IMG/VR virus record: IMGVR_UViG_3300032299_000267
Span: 1-61,459 of that record
Length of the DNA stretch: 61,459 bases
Reading direction: 5' to 3' (one strand)
Origin: a virus
Taxonomy: Duplodnaviria; Caudoviricetes
Below, in pieces: positions 17,984 through 27,415 of this stretch. A model generated the notes under the pieces. It was given only the letters and a program-made list of their open reading frames with translations. It searched no databases and was not told the origin of the DNA. The position numbers were made by a program, and so were the translations under genes. Position 1 is the first letter of the stretch. The number at the start of each line of letters is the position of its first letter.

Positions 17984-20119
17984 ATGCCATTACAAAACTT
18001 ACAGTTACGCCCTGGAATTAACCGCGAAGGCACAACACTTGCTAATGAAGGCGGTTGGTTTGAGTGTGACAAAATTCGCTTTCGCTCTGGCTATCCGCAA
18101 AAGATTGGCGGCTGGAATCCTATATCTTCCTCAACGTATCAGGGCGTAGCTCGTTCGCTTTTTAATTGGGTAACGCTGCGCGGGTACAACCTTCTCGGTG
18201 TTGGCACTAATTTAAAGTATTACGTTGAGAGTGGCGGTGCTTATAACAACATTACCCCAATCCGCGCCACAGATACGCTGACTAACCCTTTTACTACAAG
18301 TAATGGGTCAAGCACAGTATTGGTTACTGATGCGAGCTATGGCGGTATTACTAATGACTTTGTAACCTTTTCTAACGTAACCACTGTTGCTGATTTAAAT
18401 TTAAACGGCGAGTACCAGATAACATATAGAGACGGTAACTCATACTTTATTACTGCATCTGGTACAGCAAACGCATCTACAACTGGCGGCGGCACAGTAA
18501 CAGCTGCTTACCAAATTAATGTTGGCCTTGATACATTTGGTTACTTAACTGGTTGGGGAACTGGACTATGGGGTGGTGTAGTTGCTGGCGCACAACAAAC
18601 TACGCTATCTCTTTCTATAAATTCTAGCAATACAAACATAGCAGTTGTATCTACCATTGGATTTAATAGCGGTAACGGCACAGTTCTGATGGATCAGGAA
18701 CTTGCCAGATACACTGGCAATACATCTGTTGTATTTACTGGCGCTACTCGCGGAGCTAACGGCACAATAGCCACTAGCCACACAGCAAATACAATTGTTT
18801 ACAACGCAAGCTCTTATACTGGTTGGGGTCAATCTGTAACAAACTCAACAGGAACCCAGTTAAGGCTGTGGTCGCAGGCAAGTTTTGGTGAGTATTTACT
18901 AATTAATCCGCGCAACGGCGCATTGTATTTATACATACCAGCATACACAGGCGCGGGTGTTTTGACGTTTGGAAATCCCGCTGTACTTTTATCACCCTCA
19001 AGTTCTGGCGTATATCAATCAGATGCGGACTGTCCAGTTATTTCATCTCAGGTATTGGTATCGGATTCATCGCGTATTGTTATTGCATTTGGTTGTAATG
19101 ATTACGGCAGTCAAATACAAGACCCATTATTAATTCGTTGGTCTGACCAAGAAAGTTATTCTATTTGGTCGCCTTCCGTGACTAATCAAGCGGGCAGTTA
19201 TAGACTGTCTTCAGGCTCTAGTATTGTTTCCGCTGTACAAACACGCCAAGAGATTCTGGTGTTAACGGATGCTGCCGTATATTCCATGCAGTATCTTGGC
19301 CCGCCGTATACATGGGGCTTTAACATCCTGTCTAACAACATATCTATTATCGGCCCGAACGCTGTTGCCGCTGCTAATAATATTGTTTACTGGATGGGTC
19401 TAGACAAGTTCTACGTATATACAGGTCGCGTAGAAACGCTACCGTGCGCACTGCGTCAGTATGTTTTTGGGGATATTAACTTACAGCAGAACTATCAAGT
19501 CTTTAGCGGAAGTAATGAAGGTTACAGTGAGATTTGGTGGTTCTATTGTTCAGCCAACTCTACAACTGTAGACCGCTACGTTATTTTTAATTACTTAGAC
19601 AAAGTATGGTATTACGGCACACTAAACCGTAGCGCTTGGTTAGATAGCCCGTTGCGCGAATTTCCTATGGGCGCAACATACCAGCATACGATTGTTTACC
19701 ACGAAGACGGTAATAACGATGTAGAGGTTACGGGCGTAGAATTGCCAATTAATTCATACATCCAATCATCTGACTTTGACATTGGGGATGGCCACAACTA
19801 CGGCTTTGTGTGGCGCATTATTCCTGACATTACATTTGATGGCTCAAATAATCCAGCTCCTGCAAAACCATCTGCGGTGTTTACGATCAGGCCGCGCCAA
19901 AACCCTGGTGCGCCTTACGGATTATCAGATACCCCGACAGTAGCATCTACGCAGTCTTACGCCGTTGTGCAAAATTACAATGTGCAGGAGTTTACGCAGA
20001 TTGTGTATACAAGAATACGCGGTCGCCAAATGGCATTTAAGATTAGCTCAGATACGCTAGGAACACAGTGGCAATTAGGCGTTCCTAGAATGGATATCAA
20101 ACCTGACGGGAGGAGGTAA
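17984..20119 (+). CDS. Tail nozzle / tubular protein B (P22 gp10-like stabilisation protein)
   Basis: 711 aa; IRWSDQE and beta-propeller-type segments; ends WQLGVPRMDIKPDGRR. Confidence 0.7.
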   Translation: MPLQNLQLRPGINREGTTLANEGGWFECDKIRFRSGYPQKIGGWNPISSSTYQGVARSLFNWVTLRGYNLLGVGTNLKYYVESGGAYNNITPIRATDTLTNPFTTSNGSSTVLVTDASYGGITNDFVTFSNVTTVADLNLNGEYQITYRDGNSYFITASGTANASTTGGGTVTAAYQINVGLDTFGYLTGWGTGLWGGVVAGAQQTTLSLSINSSNTNIAVVSTIGFNSGNGTVLMDQELARYTGNTSVVFTGATRGANGTIATSHTANTIVYNASSYTGWGQSVTNSTGTQLRLWSQASFGEYLLINPRNGALYLYIPAYTGAGVLTFGNPAVLLSPSSSGVYQSDADCPVISSQVLVSDSSRIVIAFGCNDYGSQIQDPLLIRWSDQESYSIWSPSVTNQAGSYRLSSGSSIVSAVQTRQEILVLTDAAVYSMQYLGPPYTWGFNILSNNISIIGPNAVAAANNIVYWMGLDKFYVYTGRVETLPCALRQYVFGDINLQQNYQVFSGSNEGYSEIWWFYCSANSTTVDRYVIFNYLDKVWYYGTLNRSAWLDSPLREFPMGATYQHTIVYHEDGNNDVEVTGVELPINSYIQSSDFDIGDGHNYGFVWRIIPDITFDGSNNPAPAKPSAVFTIRPRQNPGAPYGLSDTPTVASTQSYAVVQNYNVQEFTQIVYTRIRGRQMAFKISSDTLGTQWQLGVPRMDIKPDGRR

Positions 20120-20121
20120 CC

Positions 20122-20436
20122 ATGTCTACTGGTACCACAAAATCCCCCGCTTTTCCAGTAGCTCCGTTAGAATATAGCCAAACTTATCAGGATCAATTAA
20201 ATAACATTTTGCGCTTATATTTTGCGCAACTTGATAATCCTGGGGCAAGTGCTGGATCTGCGCAGAAAACAGGAAACACAGTTATAGCGGCATTAAACTT
20301 CAGCGCTTTTGATCCATTAACTGGGAATACTGTTGTTAGTTTTGCCACAAGCGTAGAAGAGGCAGCTGGGAAATTACGAATTGGCGATGTTTATTATGAT
20401 ACTGCCACTAATGTATTAAAGATAAAGGTGTCTTAA
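20122..20436 (+). CDS. Hypothetical virion protein
   Basis: 104 aa; LRLYFAQLD; GGAGG RBS. Confidence 0.6.
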   Translation: MSTGTTKSPAFPVAPLEYSQTYQDQLNNILRLYFAQLDNPGASAGSAQKTGNTVIAALNFSAFDPLTGNTVVSFATSVEEAAGKLRIGDVYYDTATNVLKIKVS

Positions 20437-20437
20437 C

Positions 20438-23400
20438 ATGAGTCTGCACACACTAGCAAACCATCTTCAAACTGCCGGTCGCGGTGAGGATAAGGTACTT
20501 GTACACATGACGCCTGATGAGGTCAGTGGCTTGCAGTCATTGGCTATGGCGCACGGTGGATCTCTGACTATCAATCCTGAGACTGGCTTACCAGAAGCGG
20601 GCTTCCTGTCTGGCATCCTTCCTATGATAGCAGGTGCTGCGTTAGCGGCTACGGGCGTAGGCGCCCCTATGGCGGCGTTGATGGTAGGTGGTGCAGGAAC
20701 AATTGCTACAGGCAGTCTAGGCAAGGGCTTGATGATGGGCTTGGGTGCTTATGGCGGTGCAGGTTTAGGTGCTGGATTGCTTGGTGGTGCTGCTGCTGCC
20801 GCTCCTGCGGCGGCTGGGGCTGCTGGTATGGCTCCTATGGTATCTGCTGGTGCTATGCCAGGTGTAGTGGGTGGCATGGGCGCTATGGCTCCTGCCGCTG
20901 GAGGTATGGCTGGTGCAGCGGGAGCGGCTACTGGTGCGGCTAGTGCTATGCCTGTTGGTTTGCAATCAGCTACTGGAATTACTCCACAAACAGTTTCGCA
21001 ATTACCGATGAATGCAGCTAATGCTGGTAATGCGTTCATGCCAACTGCTACAAGCGCCCCTGTGGTTTCTACTACTCCACAAACTGTTGCTGCGCCAGCC
21101 CAATCCGTTCAATCTGCTACAGCTTTTGACAGGTTCAAGAGCATTCCAGGCAAAGCGTATGATTTATTGACTGGATCAGGCCCAGAGGCAGAGAAAGCTC
21201 GCGAAGAATTTTATAAGCAGAATAAAAATTACTTAATTGCTGGTGGTGTTGGTGTACTTGGCGCGTCTAGAGATGACCCTAGAAAGCCTAAAGAAACGCA
21301 ATACGATATTCGCGATTACGATTGGAATACCCGTAATTACAGCCCGTCTTCCCAAGTGCCGGGCAGCACAAGCGAGCGCACATACTTTGCAGCAGATGGC
21401 GGCTTGATGAGTCTGCCAGTAGAGCAGATGTCACAGCAGAACGCTATGTCAGACAACACTAGGTATCCTATGGCGTTCCAGAAAACGCCTAATTATTCTA
21501 TGCCTTCTCAAGGGCCTATTTCGCAGAACGTAGTTTATCCAGCCACAGATGCTGGAACTAATACATATAATGGTTCCGAGCGCGGCATGGCTAGTGGCGG
21601 CGTGGTTGCCTTAGCTTCTGGCGGAACTCCACAAGACAAAGCTTATGACAACTGGTTAAAAACGAACATTAAACCTTATGACTTGTCTAAAATAGTAACT
21701 CCTAAAGATGGATTTACTGCTGCCAATGTTATTTCTACATACACCCCAGTTTTAAATAAAGAAAAAGCTGAGTTAGTAAATTCAGAAAATTTATTAAAGT
21801 CTTATATTGATCCAAAGACTGGTCAGCCAAAAGCAGGATACGGTGCAATTGTAGATTCTTTGCGTGGGGTTGTTGAGGAGCAGCGCAAAAACTTAACGGA
21901 TATTGTTAATACTGTTTACGGAAAAATACCTAAGACAGATATTAATTTCGATGATCCATCTAAAGCCGCACAGCAAAAGACGAATCAAACAAATGAGTTT
22001 AATGCTGTTAATACTTTGTTAAACAGCTACGTTAATAGCACAACCCTTAAGGGTACAGATTTTGCTAAAGACTACGCAAATAATTTGGCTAAAGAAGATT
22101 CTCAAAAACAAGAATCAACTTTATACGCAGATAAAGTTGCTCCTGCGCTTAAAGCTCTTTCTGCGTACACAGGTAAAGATGCTAAAGGTCAAGATATCAC
22201 TGGCACTTTAACTAATTTAACATCTGGTTGGAAAGCAGAAAACACCCGTCAATCTGAGGATGTTACCAAATTAAAAGCGGCATTAGTTAGTGCTGGTTTG
22301 ATGGATGCTAAAGGTAACTTTACTCCTGCCGCAGATAAGTATGCTGGTCTTACTGGTGTTGCTAAATCTGCTTTAGATAAACAGACATCGGAAGTAAATT
22401 TAGCGGCTGATGCGCAACAGAAAGCCTTGCAAGAGTTTAATACATCTACCGCAAGGGGAAGCACTGGTATTGCCTCAAGAAGTTTACAAACTGCTGCCGG
22501 CGGTAACAGAGAAGATATCCAAGCTCAGATTAATGCAATTGAAGCAAATCCTGCTCAACCGAATGCTTCTATTTACCAGTCAAAATATTCTGATGCGCAA
22601 CAAAAACAACTTGCAAATTTAAGATCCCAATTAAATACACCTAAAGATGTTCTTGACCCAATAACAGGTACGTTTGGGCCAGAGAAGATTTTGCCCAAGT
22701 ACGTACCTATTGCATACAACAGCGTAACCGCAACAAAAGGCTGGGATACTACAAGTAAGGTTATTGAGCCAGATGATGTAACCCGTGTATTTGAGGAAGT
22801 GGCTGGCAGAAAACCAACTAGCTCCGAGTTAACAGACTATGTTGGCGATAAGCTGTCTGTACAACAACTTGCTGATTCAGTAAACAAGTTACCAGATTTA
22901 ACTCTTGCTAAACAGTTTACTGATAAAGAACTACAAGAGCAGGCTAAATATTACTGGGGTCGTGAGATGACCACGGGTGAGCTTGCCAATTATAAATCTA
23001 AAAAGTTAGGAAGTTTTGCCGCTGTTCGTAACGCGCTTACATCAGAGAAAATGTATGTTGATAATTTGAACAACATTAACAAAGCAATAGTAGATAAGCA
23101 AAATACACCTGTGCTTCCTGCTGCTAATAGAGTTGATATTTCTTCGGTATTTGTTGATGTTCTTGGGCGCAGGCCAACAAAATCAGAGGCAGATTCTTAC
23201 ATAGCAAAAAAGATTAACAAAAACGATCTTATAAAAGAGCTAGAAGGTTCGCCTGAATATGAAAGAAAGCTTTACCAAACTGAATATGATAAATACGGTA
23301 ACGCCATAGAGTATGATGAAAATGGAAAAGAAATATTAAAAGATAGAAATGGCAAAGTAATAAAAACTGATGCTACAGGAAATGTTACTACTGATAATGT

Positions 23401-24487
23401 TATTACTGATGGAAATGAAAAGGAAGTTGTTGTTACGCCTACAGGTGGTGGTACCGGACTAGTTCCGCCTATTACATACACAGTAGATAACACCACCGAT
23501 CTTACTCCAGGGATACGGCAGAATCCTCCGGTATCACCAAAACCTGATGTGCTTACAGGCCCTTCCACAGGAAATGTAACTACTGGTGGTATTACAGGGA
23601 ATGTTATTACAGATAATGTTATTACAAGAGATGCAACCACTGGTACTACAGGGAATGTAACCACTACTGGTGGTACTACAGGGAATGTAACCACTACTGG
23701 TGGTACTACAGGGAATGTAACTACTGGTACTAAAGGAACCGCAACTACTACTGGTACAGGATATACGCCCGGCACAATGACAAGAGAAGAGATGGACGCA
23801 TATACTAAAAATTATGCTGCCCAGCCTGCTACAAATTCTCCTTATAAGCCACTTACTGGCCCACAGTTTTCAATTGCTGGATCGCTGCCATACCAAGACA
23901 TTAATAAACAACTTGGTCTGACCGGATTGTATAAACAAATGTCAGACAAAATGCCCGAGCTACAGCAGGGGTTGAATTTTAATTTAAATCAAGCTCAAGC
24001 TATGGCGTCTCCGTTTGCTAATGTCACGCCTGGCATAGTATCTTTGCAATCAGTTGCAACGCCGCAAGCTTATAATCCTGTTACTTCTTTTGACCCTACT
24101 GGACAAGCTTACTCTCCAGGATTATCTTCAGAAGAACAGGCATATCTTTCTATGTTGCAAAGCCGGAGCAAACCAATGGCATCTGGTGGCATGACCAGTT
24201 ATAACTTGGGTGGTTATTCTGATGGGGGTCGGTTACTCAGAGGCCCTGGTGATGGTGTTAGTGATTCTATTCCAGCTACTATTGGCGATCGTCAGCCTGC
24301 TCGTCTTGCAGATGGAGAGTTTGTTATACCTGCGAGAATTGTTTCAGAGCTTGGGAATGGAAGCACAGATGCCGGAGCAAGAAAGCTCTATGCAATGATG
24401 GAAAGAATACAACGCGCACGCAGCAAAACTGTTGGCAAAAATAAGGTTGCCGTAAAAAGCGGCGCAGATAGATTGTTACCAGCATGA
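20438..24487 (+). CDS. Large internal virion/ejection protein
   Basis: 1349 aa; N-terminal GRGEDKVLVHM...TINPETGLPE plus G/A-rich segment; C-terminal GPGDGVSDSIPA...ARLADGEFV; several GG motifs. Confidence 0.7.
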   Translation: MSLHTLANHLQTAGRGEDKVLVHMTPDEVSGLQSLAMAHGGSLTINPETGLPEAGFLSGILPMIAGAALAATGVGAPMAALMVGGAGTIATGSLGKGLMMGLGAYGGAGLGAGLLGGAAAAAPAAAGAAGMAPMVSAGAMPGVVGGMGAMAPAAGGMAGAAGAATGAASAMPVGLQSATGITPQTVSQLPMNAANAGNAFMPTATSAPVVSTTPQTVAAPAQSVQSATAFDRFKSIPGKAYDLLTGSGPEAEKAREEFYKQNKNYLIAGGVGVLGASRDDPRKPKETQYDIRDYDWNTRNYSPSSQVPGSTSERTYFAADGGLMSLPVEQMSQQNAMSDNTRYPMAFQKTPNYSMPSQGPISQNVVYPATDAGTNTYNGSERGMASGGVVALASGGTPQDKAYDNWLKTNIKPYDLSKIVTPKDGFTAANVISTYTPVLNKEKAELVNSENLLKSYIDPKTGQPKAGYGAIVDSLRGVVEEQRKNLTDIVNTVYGKIPKTDINFDDPSKAAQQKTNQTNEFNAVNTLLNSYVNSTTLKGTDFAKDYANNLAKEDSQKQESTLYADKVAPALKALSAYTGKDAKGQDITGTLTNLTSGWKAENTRQSEDVTKLKAALVSAGLMDAKGNFTPAADKYAGLTGVAKSALDKQTSEVNLAADAQQKALQEFNTSTARGSTGIASRSLQTAAGGNREDIQAQINAIEANPAQPNASIYQSKYSDAQQKQLANLRSQLNTPKDVLDPITGTFGPEKILPKYVPIAYNSVTATKGWDTTSKVIEPDDVTRVFEEVAGRKPTSSELTDYVGDKLSVQQLADSVNKLPDLTLAKQFTDKELQEQAKYYWGREMTTGELANYKSKKLGSFAAVRNALTSEKMYVDNLNNINKAIVDKQNTPVLPAANRVDISSVFVDVLGRRPTKSEADSYIAKKINKNDLIKELEGSPEYERKLYQTEYDKYGNAIEYDENGKEILKDRNGKVIKTDATGNVTTDNVITDGNEKEVVVTPTGGGTGLVPPITYTVDNTTDLTPGIRQNPPVSPKPDVLTGPSTGNVTTGGITGNVITDNVITRDATTGTTGNVTTTGGTTGNVTTTGGTTGNVTTGTKGTATTTGTGYTPGTMTREEMDAYTKNYAAQPATNSPYKPLTGPQFSIAGSLPYQDINKQLGLTGLYKQMSDKMPELQQGLNFNLNQAQAMASPFANVTPGIVSLQSVATPQAYNPVTSFDPTGQAYSPGLSSEEQAYLSMLQSRSKPMASGGMTSYNLGGYSDGGRLLRGPGDGVSDSIPATIGDRQPARLADGEFVIPARIVSELGNGSTDAGARKLYAMMERIQRARSKTVGKNKVAVKSGADRLLPA
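23566..23730 (+). repeat. T/G-rich coding repeats (TGNVTTTGGT; 30-bp unit)
   Basis: tggtactacagggaatgtaaccactactgg exact at 23641 and 23671, partial at 23701, degenerate copies upstream. Confidence 0.85.
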
Positions 24488-24948
24488 GTGAGATCACATA
24501 CAAAGCGGTAAATCCTTTTGATTTTTTAAAGGAAATGGAAGCTATATTTCCTGCGCATTATGAAGAGGTTTGTGTAACAAAAGATTTTCCTTTGTCTCCA
24601 GACTACAAACGATATTTTGATATGGCTAACTTAGGATGGTTAGTTTGTATTAACTGTATGGATGGCGATGATTTAATTGGTTACATTGTATTTATTATAC
24701 AACCACACTTGCATTACAGCACATGTATTACTGCGTTTGAAGACATTTATTATTTAAAGCCTGAGTATCGTAAAGGTCGTACCGGAATAAAAATGTTTAA
24801 GTATGCAGAAGAAGTAATGAAAGAAATAGGTGTGCATAGAATTATTTACCATACAAAAGTTCATTTAGATAATTCAAGGATTTTTGAATATCTTGGGTAT
24901 AAAAATACTGACAAATCTTACACAAAAATTTTGCAAGGTCAATCATGA
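24484..24948 (+). CDS. GNAT-fold acetyltransferase-like protein
   Basis: EDIYYLKPEYRKGRTGIKMFKYAEE...IFEYLGY; located among ejection genes. Confidence 0.7.
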   Translation: MSEITYKAVNPFDFLKEMEAIFPAHYEEVCVTKDFPLSPDYKRYFDMANLGWLVCINCMDGDDLIGYIVFIIQPHLHYSTCITAFEDIYYLKPEYRKGRTGIKMFKYAEEVMKEIGVHRIIYHTKVHLDNSRIFEYLGYKNTDKSYTKILQGQS

Positions 24949-25952
24949 GCGGACAGTCACCAACACCAGATTCTCAAACTGTAACAAATCTTTCTTACCC
25001 TAAAGAGTTGCAGACTGATGTTATTAACCTTGCTAAAAATGCCATATCTGCGTCTAATGCTGGATATATTCCATATAAAGGAGAGAGGATTCAAGGTCTT
25101 GATCCTTTCCAACTTACTGCGCAACAGGCGGTAGCTAACCTTGGCCCATCACAACAGTTGGGTGCAGCTACGCAGTTTGCTGGTGCTGCGGGCATGCGGG
25201 CGGGTGATATTAAATACACCCCATCACAGTTTCAGACTGGATCATTTACCCAGCCTAATGTTGCACAATCTTACATGTCTCCTTACTACCAGAATGTTGT
25301 GGACATTCAAGCGCGTGAGGCACGTAGACAGGCTGACATATCAAATCAAATGCAGAACGCTAGGGCTGTAGGCCAAGGCGCGTTTGGTGGATCGCGTCAG
25401 GCTATTTTGCAAGCAGAAGCACAGCGCAATCTAGGTCAGCAGATAGGTGATATACAGGCTAGAGGATCGCAAGCTGCGTTCGAGCAAGCTCAGAATTTGT
25501 ACGGTAATGAGCAGCAACGTGCGTTAGCCGCACAGCAGGCGACAGAAGCATCCCGCCAGTACGGTGCTAACTTAGGTCTTCAAGGATTGCAGCAACAGTT
25601 GCAAGCGGCGCAAATGCTTGGATCTCTTGGTCAACAACAATTTGGTCAACAGAAAGATATTATCAATGCATTGCAAGCTACGGGTGCGCAGCGTCAGGCA
25701 TTGAACCAACAAAAACTTACACAAGATTACGAAGACTTCCTGCGTCAGAAACAGTACCCGTACCAACAGCTTGCGTATGCTACTGAGATGATAAAAGGCG
25801 TACCACAACAAACCACACAATCTGTTTACCAAGCGCCGCCGTCTTTGCAAGCCCAGCTTGGCGGTGGTTTGATGTCTGCTTATGGTTTAAGTAAACTGTT
25901 TGCTGGCGGCGGTCTTGCTGATCTTGGCATATACAACCTGAGCAAGGGGTAA
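24945..25952 (+). CDS. Ejection/DNA-transfer protein (Q/A/G-rich)
   Basis: YMSPY.QNV, GAFGGSRQA, QYPYQQL motifs. Confidence 0.65.
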   Translation: MSGQSPTPDSQTVTNLSYPKELQTDVINLAKNAISASNAGYIPYKGERIQGLDPFQLTAQQAVANLGPSQQLGAATQFAGAAGMRAGDIKYTPSQFQTGSFTQPNVAQSYMSPYYQNVVDIQAREARRQADISNQMQNARAVGQGAFGGSRQAILQAEAQRNLGQQIGDIQARGSQAAFEQAQNLYGNEQQRALAAQQATEASRQYGANLGLQGLQQQLQAAQMLGSLGQQQFGQQKDIINALQATGAQRQALNQQKLTQDYEDFLRQKQYPYQQLAYATEMIKGVPQQTTQSVYQAPPSLQAQLGGGLMSAYGLSKLFAGGGLADLGIYNLSKG

Positions 25953-25954
25953 TC

Positions 25955-27412
25955 ATGTTTGGTGAAATAAATGCAATCCGTGCGCTTGCCACTAAGTACA
26001 GCAAACAGCAGTTAGCAAACTTAGCGCAGACTGGGCAGATTGAACCGCAGAAAGCGGTGCTTGCTGGGATGATGATTGACCGCATAGCCAAGACTGCTAT
26101 GGAGGCACCGCAGACTACTGTAGCTCAGGATGTATTGGGGCCAGCACCTACATCAGCGCAAGGTCAGATGCCGCCAGAGCAAATGCCCCCAGAGCAAATG
26201 CCGCAACAGCAGATGCCTCCTCAAATGGCTGCTGATGGTGGTCTTATGGGTATGTTGCCGCAAAGTCATGGAGTGGCATCATTAAATTCTAATATTCAGA
26301 ATATGGCGGGCGGCGGGATAGTTGCGTTTGCGGATGGCGGAACTCCAGAAGATATGGTTCGCGCTAGTCGTGCAGCAGATGCAGCTCTAGCGGGTATGCC
26401 AACGCAAGATGGATTAACACTACCTGGTGGTTTTAAGTTCCGTGAATACGCGCAACAACAACCTACAAATATTAAAACTGAGATAGCCAACATACGTGAG
26501 GCAGAACGTGAAGCTGGTGTGGACACGGATATGTATAGGCGCATGCGTGAAGAAGAGGGCGCTCGCAAAGAAGATCTTGCCAAGCAAAGAGAAGAAGCTA
26601 AAGGCATGGCTATACTTCGCGCTGGACTTGGATTAATGGGCGCTCGCAAGGGCCGTGAATTTGAGACGTTTAGCAGAACATCCCAGCAAGCATTGTCTGA
26701 GTATGGATCTTCTCTTAAAGAGATACGTGATACCGAAAGAGACATTAAGAAAACCCAGCGTGAATTAATGATGGCGGAAGATCGTGTTAAACGTGATATG
26801 TCAGGCAAAGCTAAACAAACAGTGGATGCTAAAGCCACAAGGCTTGAAGATTTGCAAATGCGGCAGACTGATCAGTTTAACAAAGCGGCGGAAAAATCAT
26901 CAGACTTATTTAGCGCGGAGCATATTAATAATGTAAATGCTATGAAATCTCTTGAAGTTGCAAAAATGTCTGGTGAATACCAACTTAAAGTTGCGCAAAT
27001 TCATGCGGCTACCGCTGGCAAACCAGGTGAGACAGAGAGATTACTCAACAGATACCACAATATTCTTGCTAAAGAAGGCCCAGAAGCTGCTAATAAATTT
27101 ATGGGTGATGTTGAGCGTGTGCGTGGCGCTGGCAAACCACAGAACATCATGTCATACGAAGAGGCATTTAAAAGTTTAGCTGCGTCTGATCCAACATTTG
27201 GCATGAAACCATTGGAAGAAAAAAGAAAACTAGCAATTGAGTTAATGCAATCAGATCCTATGAGGAGTGGCATGTCTGGGACAAATACAGTCTCTAATCC
27301 ATTTACGCCACCGCCAGCTGCTGTTTCGTATCTCAAAGCCAATCCAAATTTGGCTGCTGAATTTGATGCTAAATATGGAGCTGGCGCAGCTGCGCGTATT
27401 TTAGGGAAATAA
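25955..27412 (+). CDS. Ejection/internal virion protein
   Basis: 485 aa helical protein; MAADGG and MAGGGIVAFADGG motifs. Confidence 0.6.
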   Translation: MFGEINAIRALATKYSKQQLANLAQTGQIEPQKAVLAGMMIDRIAKTAMEAPQTTVAQDVLGPAPTSAQGQMPPEQMPPEQMPQQQMPPQMAADGGLMGMLPQSHGVASLNSNIQNMAGGGIVAFADGGTPEDMVRASRAADAALAGMPTQDGLTLPGGFKFREYAQQQPTNIKTEIANIREAEREAGVDTDMYRRMREEEGARKEDLAKQREEAKGMAILRAGLGLMGARKGREFETFSRTSQQALSEYGSSLKEIRDTERDIKKTQRELMMAEDRVKRDMSGKAKQTVDAKATRLEDLQMRQTDQFNKAAEKSSDLFSAEHINNVNAMKSLEVAKMSGEYQLKVAQIHAATAGKPGETERLLNRYHNILAKEGPEAANKFMGDVERVRGAGKPQNIMSYEEAFKSLAASDPTFGMKPLEEKRKLAIELMQSDPMRSGMSGTNTVSNPFTPPPAAVSYLKANPNLAAEFDAKYGAGAAARILGK

Positions 27413-27415
27413 TAT

